This document shows positions 1 through 10,009 of a DNA stretch of 64,000 nucleotides, in pieces. Made by a program: the position numbers and the translations under genes. The stretch covers positions 15,792 to 79,791 of IMG/VR virus record IMGVR_UViG_3300023174_000003; one strand, given 5' to 3'. Origin of the DNA: a virus. Position 1 is the stretch's first letter. Every line of letters begins with the position of its first letter. Under the pieces are notes generated by a model. The model searched no databases. It was not told the DNA's origin and was given only the letters and a program-made list of their open reading frames with translations.

Positions 1-61
1 GGATGGGGGGCGCTAAAATAGATCGAAGACAAGCGCCGACCATGGACCCCGGCACCCTCGC

Positions 62-217
62 TTTACAGGAACTACGGCAACCTTCCTAAATATCACTGGC
101 AGTACCCTAGCTCTTACCGCAGGATCAGGTTCTACACCAGCCCTTGTTTGTTCTGGTGTGGTATCAGGTAATGCCGGTGGTTTTATAATCCAAGGTCCAT
201 TGATTATCCTTCCTTAA
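62..217 (+). CDS. 3' end of a Thr/Gly-rich tail-fibre-like protein (partial)
   Basis: Frame 2 reads FTGTTATFLNITGSTLALTAGSGSTPALVCSGVVSGNAGGFIIQGPLIILP*, similar in composition to the next gene; the first ~60 nt do not fit this frame (stop at 14-16). Confidence 0.5.
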   Translation, partial: FTGTTATFLNITGSTLALTAGSGSTPALVCSGVVSGNAGGFIIQGPLIILP

Positions 218-255
218 TTTATACGGTAGAATTAAAGAAATAAGATTTCAAAAAC

Positions 256-1575
256 ATGGCTTACGGTACCATCAAAGTTGATAACATAATTTTTACTAAC
301 GGTGGTTCTGACCAGACCGTTACCGTATCAGGCATTGTTGCTTCTACTTCAGGTAATCTAACGGTTACAGGAACTATTTCTGGCGGTACTGTCAAAGGTA
401 CATACGGCTCTTTTACAAGTCTGACGGGTGTTACAACTTCTGGTACCACAGCTAATTTTACTAACGTAAACGCTCAAAATATTGGTGTAACAACTTCATT
501 AAGCGGGCTTGCTATTACAGGGGGTACAGCAGGTTTTACTACTGTTACTGGTACAACTGTCACAGGAACCACTGCTAATTTTGTTACAGTATCAGGCACA
601 ACTATAACCGGTAATACAGGCAGCTTTCAAACAATCACGGGTAATACTGCAGGCTTTACCACTATTACAGGTACTACCATAACGGGCACAACGGCTAATT
701 TTGTCACGTTATCTGGTACTGCCGATGCAACAATTTACAACGTACGTATTGGACGCGGTGCAGGTGCGCAGAACAGTAACACGGTAGTAGGTAATCTTGC
801 GCTAAATGTCAACACCACTGGCTTTCAAAATACAGCAGTTGGCGCTAATGTACTGCGCGTTAACAATGATGGTAATTACAATACTGGGGTTGGGTTGGAC
901 GCGCTTTACAGCAACACCAACGGTAGCGCAAACGTTGCCATGGGATTAAATGCTCTTCGCGCTAACACTACCGGCGAGGGCAATACTGCTATTGGGGTAA
1001 ATACTTTACTTGTCAATGTAGGCGGCAATTACAATACTGCCATTGGACAAAACGCTCTTACTGCTAATACTGCTGGCATCAATAATACTGCCATTGGAAT
1101 TAATGCTCTTGCCTCTAATGTTAGCGGCAGTTATAACGTTGGAATTGGCCCTGGCGTATCGTCGAGTAGCAGCACAGTCAGCAATGAAGTAAACATTTAC
1201 AATGGTAGTATTACTGCGCGGTTCCAAGGCGCAGCATCCGCATGGAATTTTGTGTCAGATGCGCGAGATAAAACAGACATTCTAGACTTAACGTTAGGGC
1301 TAGAGTTTATATCGGCATTGAAACCTCGTAGGTTCAAATGGAATCTACGTCATACTGAGATTGACAAAGGTAAGCCTGCTGCTGGTTTTATTGCACAAGA
1401 ATTGTTAGAAACAATTGAAGACTTTGATGCCTCTTATGTTAATCTTGTACATACTGACGACCCTGAACAATTTACTTTTGCCCAAGCTAACATGGTTCCT
1501 GTTTTAGTTAATGCTATACAAGAACTTAGTGCTATGGTAAAAGAGTTGCAATTAACAGTTTTAAAAAACACTTGA
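256..1575 (+). CDS. tail fibre protein with C-terminal intramolecular chaperone (peptidase S74-like)
   Basis: TxTGTT repeats, NTAxG..AL..NT beta-helix repeats, SDARDKTDI autocleavage motif, GFIAQE motif and terminal coiled coil. Confidence 0.85.
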   Translation: MAYGTIKVDNIIFTNGGSDQTVTVSGIVASTSGNLTVTGTISGGTVKGTYGSFTSLTGVTTSGTTANFTNVNAQNIGVTTSLSGLAITGGTAGFTTVTGTTVTGTTANFVTVSGTTITGNTGSFQTITGNTAGFTTITGTTITGTTANFVTLSGTADATIYNVRIGRGAGAQNSNTVVGNLALNVNTTGFQNTAVGANVLRVNNDGNYNTGVGLDALYSNTNGSANVAMGLNALRANTTGEGNTAIGVNTLLVNVGGNYNTAIGQNALTANTAGINNTAIGINALASNVSGSYNVGIGPGVSSSSSTVSNEVNIYNGSITARFQGAASAWNFVSDARDKTDILDLTLGLEFISALKPRRFKWNLRHTEIDKGKPAAGFIAQELLETIEDFDASYVNLVHTDDPEQFTFAQANMVPVLVNAIQELSAMVKELQLTVLKNT

Positions 1576-1590
1576 TTAATTTTTAAAATT

Positions 1591-2682
1591 ATGACAGGCA
1601 AACTTACGGATGCAGCAAAGTTTTACAAAGGACTTAAACAACAAGATGAAGCATTTAACTACCTCGAATCTATTACACCTACAGATAAATTAGAAGAATT
1701 TTTTATTAAATATCGTAGTGATGCACCAGTAGACACTACCTACATTAATAACTGGGAGGGTGTTGTAACAGCAGCCAAGGTCTCTGGTGCTAAATATCCA
1801 GAGTTAGTTGCAGCGCAATGGGCATTGGAATCAAACTGGGGAAAAGATGTCTCGGGTAAAAACAACTATTTTGGACTTAAAGGAACAGGCTCTGATCGAT
1901 CTACACAAGAATTTGTTAACGGTAGTTGGATCACAATTGTTGATGGGTTTATTGATTTTCCTGACCTACGGACTTGTGTTGCCTACCTTGTTGATAGATG
2001 GTACAGAGACTACAAGACCTACAAAGGTGTTAACAACGCACCAAATCGCAACGCAGCAGCAAATCAACTCAAAGAACAAGGCTATGCCACGGACCCTAAT
2101 TACCCCACAAAGCTCATCCAAATAATGGACAATAAACTTGGTACGCCAGGCGGTAACGTTTCCAAATTAAATCCGTTGCCCGTACTTTACATGAGTCAAC
2201 GGGATAATTATCGTGACGCAAGTAGAACATGTTTTAGTTCCAGTTGTGCAATGATGTTGAAATACCTCAAACCAAAAGCTATTGCTGGTGATAACGACTA
2301 CGTAAAAGTAGTCTTTAGCTATGGTGATAGCACTGATAGCACTGCTCAGTTAAAAACTTTATTTCACTTTGGTGTAGAAGCAAGGTTTAATACCAAGGCA
2401 ACACCTGAATTAATTAAAAAACAAATTGATAACAACAAACCTGTACCCGTAGGTTTCTTGCATCACGGCCCTGTTAATGCACCAAGTGGTAGTGGGCACT
2501 GGCTTTGTATCACCGGATATGATTCCACTGGTTGGTGGGTGAATGATCCATGGGGTGAATGTAATTTAATCTCTGGTACTTACATAAATGAAAATGGTTC
2601 TAAATTGCATTACAGTTATAAAAACTTTAACCCCCGTTGGTTGGTAGATGGACCAGCCTCAGGTTGGTGCATTATTGCTTGA
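1591..2682 (+). CDS. endolysin: glucosaminidase (GH73/FlgJ-like) fused to a C39-like cysteine peptidase
   Basis: AAQWALESNWG, NNYFGLKG and GYATDPNY motifs; C-terminal SQRDN..CFSSSCAM..GHW..VNDPWG. Confidence 0.85.
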   Translation: MTGKLTDAAKFYKGLKQQDEAFNYLESITPTDKLEEFFIKYRSDAPVDTTYINNWEGVVTAAKVSGAKYPELVAAQWALESNWGKDVSGKNNYFGLKGTGSDRSTQEFVNGSWITIVDGFIDFPDLRTCVAYLVDRWYRDYKTYKGVNNAPNRNAAANQLKEQGYATDPNYPTKLIQIMDNKLGTPGGNVSKLNPLPVLYMSQRDNYRDASRTCFSSSCAMMLKYLKPKAIAGDNDYVKVVFSYGDSTDSTAQLKTLFHFGVEARFNTKATPELIKKQIDNNKPVPVGFLHHGPVNAPSGSGHWLCITGYDSTGWWVNDPWGECNLISGTYINENGSKLHYSYKNFNPRWLVDGPASGWCIIA

Positions 2683-3076
2683 TGTAATGAAATAACAAAA
2701 GGTCGTAGTCAACATGCCAATTACTAGCTTCATGCCTGGTAAACCACTTGACATAACTATTAAACTGCTTAATCTTTTCTTTAGATTCACAAGCAAAGAA
2801 TATACTATCACCCAGTGGCAGCTCCTGGATCCATGCCCGTAATTGACGTATGGCAAATCCGTGGGGCAACAATCCGGAAGTACCAGATAGTTGACTTGAT
2901 AATTTCTTTGCCCTTTTATTAGGTCTTTTGTTTAACCAATCATTAAGTTGGCGTTTACTTTTACTGCACCCAAATGAAAATAACCAGATGTAATTTTGAT
3001 CTACTTTTGACCAGGGCACAAGACGTACTTTAAATATTCCCTTGTTTGTCTTACAGGTCTTAACCTTGTATCTCAT
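2672..3076 (-). CDS. hypothetical protein
   Basis: 134-aa ORF, ATGA-coupled to the upstream gene. Confidence 0.6.
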   Translation of the reverse strand: MRYKVKTCKTNKGIFKVRLVPWSKVDQNYIWLFSFGCSKSKRQLNDWLNKRPNKRAKKLSSQLSGTSGLLPHGFAIRQLRAWIQELPLGDSIFFACESKEKIKQFNSYVKWFTRHEASNWHVDYDLLLFHYIKQ

Positions 3077-3996
3077 GAATTTGTAATAAGTGAATCAAAT
3101 AATACAGGTAATGAATCTTCTGGGCTTCTTTCCCGCTTCCACGCAGCTAGCCAATCAGCACGTGAGTGTTCATGAACCGAGTTAAAATCATAAGAATCAG
3201 ATGGTTCAATAATAAAGAAATCACCGCCTGACAAGATGTTTACATCTCCAACAAGCCAGGTAGAGTTATCTGGTACTGTGACAGTAGCACCTGTTCCTAT
3301 TGTAGCAAGTAACAAAGTATAGGCATTAAAACCTGAAGGAATTGTATAATTTGTATTAAATACTGGGCCAATGGTGATTGTATTTGTTTCATCAAACGTA
3401 GTCTCTGTTGCCAAAAAACTATTATCTAAATCTTCTAACAAAAGCAACATTTCCTCGGAAGGAAATTCAACTACAACACCCAAGGTATAGTTAAGTAATT
3501 CATTACGTGTAGTTGATACACATATCAAATAACTTCCTCTTTCTAAGGTGAAGTAAAGATCGTCACCTCTATCTAAACTATTTGGATTAAATGTATTATA
3601 ACGATCAGAAGCCGCCCCCATTACGTGGTCATTGTAAGGGTGATGAGGAATTGAATAACCAAAAGAATCATCAACACTATCTTCTTGGAATATCATCCTC
3701 CCTTGTATGGGCCCTAAGTTCAGGTCATAAGCAGATATTTGAATGTAGTTAGGACGAGGTCCGCCCTTCTTTGTAATTAACCAACAAGGTGTCGTTACAT
3801 CAACCTGGAACCAATGATTGTATGTACCACCACCAATACCACCATTTGAATATTGATTTGTATCAGCACGTCCAACAACTTTAGTTAAAGGTCCAAGGGT
3901 ACCCGTCAGCTCCCGCAAAGAAGTTTGGCTAAACGTACCTAAAACTAAAGGGTTTTTCTGGGTACGTTGACGTTGGGACTGGGATACCCTACTCAT
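3073..3996 (-). CDS. hypothetical protein (beta-rich, possibly virion-associated)
   Basis: 307-aa ORF within a minus-strand operon. Confidence 0.65.
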   Translation of the reverse strand: MSRVSQSQRQRTQKNPLVLGTFSQTSLRELTGTLGPLTKVVGRADTNQYSNGGIGGGTYNHWFQVDVTTPCWLITKKGGPRPNYIQISAYDLNLGPIQGRMIFQEDSVDDSFGYSIPHHPYNDHVMGAASDRYNTFNPNSLDRGDDLYFTLERGSYLICVSTTRNELLNYTLGVVVEFPSEEMLLLLEDLDNSFLATETTFDETNTITIGPVFNTNYTIPSGFNAYTLLLATIGTGATVTVPDNSTWLVGDVNILSGGDFFIIEPSDSYDFNSVHEHSRADWLAAWKRERSPEDSLPVLFDSLITNS

Positions 3997-4010
3997 TTAT
4001 AATTGTTGTT

Positions 4011-4703
4011 TTATTCATTGTACTCTGAATTCTCAACCACATCCAGTGGATGAGCAATGGTTGACTTCATGTCTTTACGGATTAGTGTTTGAATATTATC
4101 TCTTAGTCTGGTCTGACCAAATAACATAAGTTGCGCTGCATCAAATTCTGTAATAAACGGAGTAATTGACGCAGGTGGTGTTTTACGGTTCCAGCTGGAT
4201 ACCAGATGTAAAGGATTGACACAATCTTTGGTGCCACACCAACGGGTGACAGTAAGATTACCTACGTCTCCCCAGGCGCAGTGGTAGATTGCTTTGTGGA
4301 ACGAAATGTTTTCAGATTTTTGATTGCTGTAAAAAGAACGGTAAGAAGGAAAGCAAACTCTCCCTAGATTTTTACTGTTGTAAGTCTCAGCTGTCCAACA
4401 GTCAGACCATCCTTCTGGCTCAACACGCTTCCAAAGTTGAAGAAATTTTACCTTATAGTCTTCATGTATGAAATTAATATTGAAACCACAATTGTTAGAA
4501 AGAATTTTTTCTACACAGTGGTAACACCAATGGTTCTCCATATCTCTAATGAAGTGATTGTGAGGACATTGGAACCCCTTGTAGTACCCTTGTTCTTCTA
4601 ATGCTTCAGTCTCAAGTGAGTCTATGTTTGATAGGTAGCGGAAATTGGTTTGAGTCACAACAGTCCTAAGGGTTTTTGTGGGACGTAGCCTAAGGTTTGC
4701 CAT
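4011..4703 (-). CDS. Zn-binding protein with degenerate HNH-like C-terminal motif
   Basis: CPHNH..CYHC; GWSDCW..FHKAIY..RWCGTKDCVNPLHL resembles the phage HNH H-x-C-x4-C-x-NPxHL motif. Confidence 0.6.
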   Translation of the reverse strand: MANLRLRPTKTLRTVVTQTNFRYLSNIDSLETEALEEQGYYKGFQCPHNHFIRDMENHWCYHCVEKILSNNCGFNINFIHEDYKVKFLQLWKRVEPEGWSDCWTAETYNSKNLGRVCFPSYRSFYSNQKSENISFHKAIYHCAWGDVGNLTVTRWCGTKDCVNPLHLVSSWNRKTPPASITPFITEFDAAQLMLFGQTRLRDNIQTLIRKDMKSTIAHPLDVVENSEYNE

Positions 4704-5056
4704 TAGACAGCTACTGCCTCTACCTGGCGTTTGCGTGACCGTTTTGATGGTGTACGTACGTGTAGGACTAGCTCCTTCCTGTTGTCTTTCTCCTTGTTGC
4801 TAGGCCCGTAAAGAACATCTGCGTTACCTGGATCGGTGCCAGTACGTAGGTAGTACACAAGACGGTGCGCGTGGAACTGCTCGCCATTCATACGTACCAG
4901 GTAGTAGTCCCCAGGGGTGGTCCATTTGCCCGCCATATCCCCAATCCTGTGGTAGTACGCATCTTCTAGCCATTCCAGACCACTGGGATAGGCCTCGGAA
5001 AGTTTAAGTTTTGTCTCTACGCACCACAGAGGAAGCATTGGTTTGTAAGTGCGCAC
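4703..5056 (-). CDS. HNH endonuclease-like protein, probably degenerate
   Basis: AG..YYLVRMNGEQFHAHRLVYYL..DNRKEL; the catalytic DH is not evident. Confidence 0.55.
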   Translation of the reverse strand: MRTYKPMLPLWCVETKLKLSEAYPSGLEWLEDAYYHRIGDMAGKWTTPGDYYLVRMNGEQFHAHRLVYYLRTGTDPGNADVLYGPSNKEKDNRKELVLHVRTPSKRSRKRQVEAVAV

Positions 5057-5105
5057 TAGAAAAAAGAATTCTTTTCAACTATAGGGCACAGGATAAGGAG
5101 GGTCA

Positions 5106-5303
5106 AGTGCAGACTATCCGACTATACCCCTTTACTCTTCTTTATAAGATGCAAATGACAAAATGACTGCAAACTGTCATTAAGTGTGACTGAACTATTA
5201 CTGGCTAGTCACATCCCAGTCACATTAGATGACACAATGCATTCATTCTGTCATTTGCGTCTTACTAAGTATAAAGCACCCCCAAAGTTGCATTCTCTGC
5301 ACT
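5106..5303. repeat. ~200-bp imperfect nested palindrome with TGAC/GTCA iterations; candidate replication origin
   Basis: Arms TAAGATGCAAATGACAAAATGA (5145-5166) / TCATTCTGTCATTTGCGTCTTA (5243-5264); inner TGTCAT..GTGTGACTG / CAGTCACAT..ATGACA; outer AGTGCAGA / TCTGCACT. Confidence 0.7.
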
Positions 5304-5373
5304 AGCACTTTAGTCTCACCATAAGACTTCTTGCTACCACTACTCTCTTTTGTTTTCTTTAATATTTCAACTC

Positions 5374-5404
5374 AAATAAAAAAGCCCCTGCCGAAGCAGA
5401 GGCC
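5374..5404 (-). terminator. intrinsic terminator
   Basis: Minus strand GGCCTCTGC-TTCG-GCAGGGGC-TTTTTTATTT, downstream of the glycosyltransferase. Confidence 0.85.
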
Positions 5405-5427
5405 AGTAACTTCCTCACACACCTACC

Positions 5428-6690
5428 TTACATAAAGCAGGCACCTGTGGGGCAGCTACCCACCTCTGGTTCATCTTCCATTACCTCGATGACGGGTGTC
5501 TCCACAGGCTTCAGCACCTCCTGGAACTCCTGGTGGAATTGCTCAGCAATGTTGTCCCAGTTGTACTGGTCGTCCGTAGCCCGCTCATAGCACTTATCAG
5601 CGACCTCCTTCAGCTTGTCCCGGTCGTAGTACAACTCATTCAGCAGGTCCGTCAGGTGGCTATCACTGGGGCAAGGCATCTCCCTTCCGTAGTTGGTATC
5701 CACATCTACGTGGTCACACCTAATCAGTGGGGCAGCACCCTCAAAAATTTCCTTACATGACGTGTGATTTGGCACGATCTGTGCTACGCGACAGGCGGCA
5801 TGCTCATGAGAAACAAGGCCATGGCCTTCTCCCTTACAAGTGTTGACACCTATATCGACCGCATTATAAATAGTATTCAAGAACTCAACTGCTACATTAG
5901 GTGGGTTAGGAGTATTACCCGTAAAAATAATTCGATTACTTGGGTCTATTCCACGCTTGCCCATCTCCCTGGCAAACAAAGGCAAAAGATCCCACCCCTG
6001 ATCTTTTAATCCCATGTGTAGATATAACCGTGCATCAGGTTTATCTATAGCAAAGTCTGCAAACGCAGAAATTGTAATGTCTTGCCGCTTGCGAAACTGA
6101 TTCCTGTTCCCATTAAACACAATAAAAATGTCGTCAGCTAACCCAAGTTTCTTACGACAAGCCGCCTTATCCTTGGGATAGAACTGAGCCTTATCAATCC
6201 CATGAGGAATAACAGAAATAGGCCGCTGGATCCCCCCTTGAATGGATTCGTTGGCACCAAATTCTGTATAACAGATGCATGCGTCCCAAGAGTTGGCTGT
6301 ATCCCCTAGGGCTCCCAGCCACCCATAAGAATCCATTGGGTAGTACCCTACAAATTTAAAGTTTTTTTGTTCATGCAAATCAGCAATACGTTTATACAGT
6401 TCGTTTATAATCCAAATATCATTCATTACAAATACAAGATCTGGCTTTTCTATCTCAACTGCTTCCTTAATACGGTCTACACCAAAAGGCTCAGGTTGAT
6501 GTCGATTGCTGGAAGGATAAATTTTGTATTTATCTTGCAAAACATTTGGATCCCCCCAAAAATTATTTCCTAGCACCACAATTTCATACTTATCTGCAAG
6601 CCGTTGCAACACATTTTCTGTCACACGGGCAAAACCCGTCATTGCAATAATATCCCCAGACCAAAGCAGCTTGGGCTTTTTGTCAGTCAT
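5428..6690 (-). CDS. GT-B (family 4-like) glycosyltransferase
   Basis: TGFARV, IPHGID, NRNQFRKRQD and YNAVDIGVNTCKGEGHGL (EGFGL-type) motifs. Confidence 0.85.
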   Translation of the reverse strand: MTDKKPKLLWSGDIIAMTGFARVTENVLQRLADKYEIVVLGNNFWGDPNVLQDKYKIYPSSNRHQPEPFGVDRIKEAVEIEKPDLVFVMNDIWIINELYKRIADLHEQKNFKFVGYYPMDSYGWLGALGDTANSWDACICYTEFGANESIQGGIQRPISVIPHGIDKAQFYPKDKAACRKKLGLADDIFIVFNGNRNQFRKRQDITISAFADFAIDKPDARLYLHMGLKDQGWDLLPLFAREMGKRGIDPSNRIIFTGNTPNPPNVAVEFLNTIYNAVDIGVNTCKGEGHGLVSHEHAACRVAQIVPNHTSCKEIFEGAAPLIRCDHVDVDTNYGREMPCPSDSHLTDLLNELYYDRDKLKEVADKCYERATDDQYNWDNIAEQFHQEFQEVLKPVETPVIEVMEDEPEVGSCPTGACFM

Positions 6691-6734
6691 TTAATTGATT
6701 AGTTAACACTCTTGAAATATAGCAGAAATAAAGA

Positions 6735-7109
6735 CTAGCTAAATACGCACACTTCTCTTTTTGCCGCAGAAGCTCGTGTTAATGCCTTTTTATCTACTTG
6801 AGTTGCACCTAGTTCTTCAATCAAAAAGTCAGCGGCCTTCTGGGTATTAGTTGAATCTACGTTGCAGGTATAAAGATCAATTGCTGCATACCCCAGCTCT
6901 GGCCACGTATGAATAGAGGAATGACTCTCAGACAACAATGCCAATATCGTCACCCCCTGGGGCAAAAACCGTTCACCAATAATACGGAGCACATTAGCCC
7001 CAGCTAGACACAAAGCTTTTTCTAGCAGCACACTCAACTGGTCATAATCATCCAAGATCTTTGGATCACAACCGTCCAGATCTAGGATTAAGTGCTGCCC
7101 TTGCTTCAT
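6735..7109 (-). CDS. speD: S-adenosylmethionine decarboxylase proenzyme (pyruvoyl-dependent)
   Basis: GQHLILDLDGC, PQGVT, LLSESHSSIHTWPE (ES autocleavage site), AAIDLYTC. Confidence 0.9.
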   Translation of the reverse strand: MKQGQHLILDLDGCDPKILDDYDQLSVLLEKALCLAGANVLRIIGERFLPQGVTILALLSESHSSIHTWPELGYAAIDLYTCNVDSTNTQKAADFLIEELGATQVDKKALTRASAAKREVCVFS

Positions 7110-9760
7110 TCGTCTGTTGTATTTTCATCTTCTATTTTATTATTACTCTCCTTAGAATCTAATATTTCTCCATAGAATTCCTTAAACTTTTCTTTGTCCG
7201 CCGATACCTCCACAATTGATGGATATTTCTCAAATCCTGGGCCACTATCCCTGAGTGCCACATTGAATACAATCAGACCCCTTGAAGTCCTCTTGTAGAA
7301 AATATTCATCTTCAATTGATGCTGGCAAATGTCCAAGAACAAGGGTTCAAACCTGTTCCTAGACATAATATTTACATTGGACAGCTTACAGAATTCACAA
7401 TAACTGGCATATAACCACTTATCCCAGAACACATAAGATCCACTACCACCAGGGGCCGCATGCTTAGCAAAGCCCACGGAACACTTCTCACCTGGTACAT
7501 AACACAACTTATGTTCCATCCAATCCAACATGGGGCTAGACCTTAGACTTTGCGTCTTTTCATACTCCTTAAAGTACTTAACCTTATCTCCTGTCCTCAT
7601 CAGGTATTCACGCATTTCTTCTGTTGTTAGGTCCAATAACCAGTTCACCAACCCAGGCAACAAAGCAGCAAATTCCCCTTGTGGTTCACCCTTGGAATCA
7701 AACTTGATCAACTCTCGTTGCTGCCCTGGGCCACCTTCAAAAGGTCTGTCAAATGGAATAGTAAGGCGACGACGGGCAAGACCTGAGGTGTAGTCCGTTG
7801 ATTGGATCGCCTCATTTGCCGTAATCATTACCAGACCATGGAATTGAAATGGCTCTGGATTCTCGCTTTGATACTTACGTTCAACCCGAATCCAGTCACC
7901 GCCAGTAATTGCCTTCAATTTGGAAACACTACCACCCCACCTATCCATATCTTGGAATAACAGTAGTTTCTTACTCATAAAAGCAATAGTCTCAAACCTA
8001 TTAGTCTCTAGATTATTAAAGTCAGTACTATAGGTATTCTGCTTACCAACCAAGGCCACAGCTAGGTTTGCGTAGGTACTCTTCCCACTCTTACCTGGTC
8101 CAATAATTTCAACAAATTTCTGCATGTCGTGGCATCCCAGAAGTACGGCCCGCAGCCAAGCCCTTAGTACCTGCACCCGCTCCCAGTCATTACGTTGTGT
8201 AAATTTTAACCATTTAATAATGCCATCACATGTAGCTGATGGGTCATAGGCATAAGGCATACGTTGTGTGAGATATAATTTTCTGTCAAAAGGTAACAAT
8301 TCTTTTGTTTCTATATTTAATACGCCATTTGCAAATAGCAAATAGTTAGTACCTTCGTACCACTTATTAAAACTCACAGCAGCTTGCAGCTGCATGAATA
8401 AGTCATTCATTAGGTTGGCACTAAACCCATTGGGTAAATTTAAATTTTCCAATCGATGTCTAATACCACCCATCATCTCCACCTTAGTCAACGGAGACCA
8501 AAGTCCTTTATGTTCTAGCTCGTAGAAATAAAATTGTCCGTGAGGTTGACTGTACCTTAAGTCCCCTTTGTATACCTGTAGTAATAAATCAGCAATTTCG
8601 TTTGCAGGTTGGTTGCGTTTACGTTGTTCTTTACCTTTACCTTCTACTGGTGCTTTCACTTGCTTAGCTTTAGCAGGTGGCAAGTTACCAGTCATAGCAA
8701 GGCTTTTGGATTGCATACTATGCTCATTAGGCATGGCATTGATACCTAGATCATTTTCTAAATCAGCTAGTAGTACTGCAACTGCATCAAGCGTTTGATC
8801 ATCTACGTTCATTGCTTTGTGTTCCTTGTGTTCTTGAGGAGGCTTCCAACCATGTTCCTGAGCAATATGAATAAGACTACCGACACCACGACCACCACTT
8901 TTACTAAAAGATTTCCACCTACGAAGACATTCACCTTCCTTATATTTGTCACTTTGTTTTGACCATTCATCCCATTCATCCAACAATGATTCGTCTAATG
9001 TGTGCAAACTCTGACCAATGGTTATCCAAATGTCATAGTCATCAGCAGCATCTGGGGGCAAAGCTTTCATTGCTTCTAGTGCTAGCTTCATATCCCTCTC
9101 AAGAGATATTTCAGTATTAATAGCAAATCCCTGGCCCACAAAACGACTATATTCTGTAGCCGGTTTGCCTTGCCTTACATTCTTATTAATAATGCTATGT
9201 ATTAACCATTTAGGTAACTCAGGTAATTTATTTGCCCACTCAAATCCTTCTCCTTTTGCCGTAAAATATCCCTCCGTCTCTGGATGTAAACCCATCAAAG
9301 CTCCTTGGTGTTTAGTCCAAAGAACTTCGAGTTGTTCACGGTTTGTTTCAGCATGCCAAACATATTTATTTCTTAAGAAATATTTCCAATTTTCTTTACG
9401 CACTTGATATAACTTACGTGATCTACCTTCTTTACCACTGCAAATTGTTAGTGTTTTAGGTAAAGCTTCTTCTAAAGGAACTCCTGCAATTTCAACAACA
9501 AGTTGATCAACACTTGCACCGTCAATGTCTACCCATACCAATCCATAAGGATTATTAAAAACAGGACCAGCCATTAAGCCAATAGCTTTACAGTTGTCTT
9601 CTACAAATTCTTTTTCAATTTCTGTGACGCCCAACGGTTTGTTTTGCCACGCCAAAAGATAAGGATCTTTTTTGGCGCCTAGCGGGGTAAGAGGCCAATC
9701 AAGTGGGATGTAACTTAACCGAATTTCACCCGGTTTTAATGCTTTGGATTCATCCGTCAT
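7106..9760 (-). CDS. primase-helicase: prim-pol + PriCT-2 + D5/SF3 helicase
   Basis: N-terminal WPLTPLGAKKDP..VWVDIDG; DYDIWITIGQSLH..WDEWSKQS..W; ANGVL; Walker A GPGKSGKST; LKAITGGD. Confidence 0.9.
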   Translation of the reverse strand: MTDESKALKPGEIRLSYIPLDWPLTPLGAKKDPYLLAWQNKPLGVTEIEKEFVEDNCKAIGLMAGPVFNNPYGLVWVDIDGASVDQLVVEIAGVPLEEALPKTLTICSGKEGRSRKLYQVRKENWKYFLRNKYVWHAETNREQLEVLWTKHQGALMGLHPETEGYFTAKGEGFEWANKLPELPKWLIHSIINKNVRQGKPATEYSRFVGQGFAINTEISLERDMKLALEAMKALPPDAADDYDIWITIGQSLHTLDESLLDEWDEWSKQSDKYKEGECLRRWKSFSKSGGRGVGSLIHIAQEHGWKPPQEHKEHKAMNVDDQTLDAVAVLLADLENDLGINAMPNEHSMQSKSLAMTGNLPPAKAKQVKAPVEGKGKEQRKRNQPANEIADLLLQVYKGDLRYSQPHGQFYFYELEHKGLWSPLTKVEMMGGIRHRLENLNLPNGFSANLMNDLFMQLQAAVSFNKWYEGTNYLLFANGVLNIETKELLPFDRKLYLTQRMPYAYDPSATCDGIIKWLKFTQRNDWERVQVLRAWLRAVLLGCHDMQKFVEIIGPGKSGKSTYANLAVALVGKQNTYSTDFNNLETNRFETIAFMSKKLLLFQDMDRWGGSVSKLKAITGGDWIRVERKYQSENPEPFQFHGLVMITANEAIQSTDYTSGLARRRLTIPFDRPFEGGPGQQRELIKFDSKGEPQGEFAALLPGLVNWLLDLTTEEMREYLMRTGDKVKYFKEYEKTQSLRSSPMLDWMEHKLCYVPGEKCSVGFAKHAAPGGSGSYVFWDKWLYASYCEFCKLSNVNIMSRNRFEPLFLDICQHQLKMNIFYKRTSRGLIVFNVALRDSGPGFEKYPSIVEVSADKEKFKEFYGEILDSKESNNKIEDENTTDE

Positions 9761-9948
9761 TTGATGGTAGCCCCTTCTGTCAGTCTAAATTCAAAAGGTT
9801 TTTCAGGGAACAGATCTTTTTTAACAATTAAGAAAGCATGAACATGAGCCGTGGAGGGAAGGTGGAAACATAATGGAATATCAGCATTCTCTGACATAGT
9901 CCTAGCAAGGTATTCGATCCAGTGCCCAGTACTCACATGAACATCCAT
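9757..9948 (-). CDS. hypothetical protein
   Basis: 63-aa ORF coupled to the primase start. Confidence 0.5.
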   Translation of the reverse strand: MDVHVSTGHWIEYLARTMSENADIPLCFHLPSTAHVHAFLIVKKDLFPEKPFEFRLTEGATIK

Positions 9949-10009
9949 TGGTCCAGAGCAGCGTCCTCCATTCTACCGCTGATCTCTCACCCTAAACGCT
10001 AAGAACAGT

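Noticed and set aside
1-61. GC-rich start with TAAAAT and ATG GAC CCC that breaks the tail-fibre frame
   Set aside because: Most simply a chimeric or low-quality contig end; cannot be interpreted without reads
400-1140. Tandem repeats in the tail fibre considered as DGR or VNTR
   Set aside because: Degenerate protein-level repeats; no reverse transcriptase and no adenine-specific TR/VR pair
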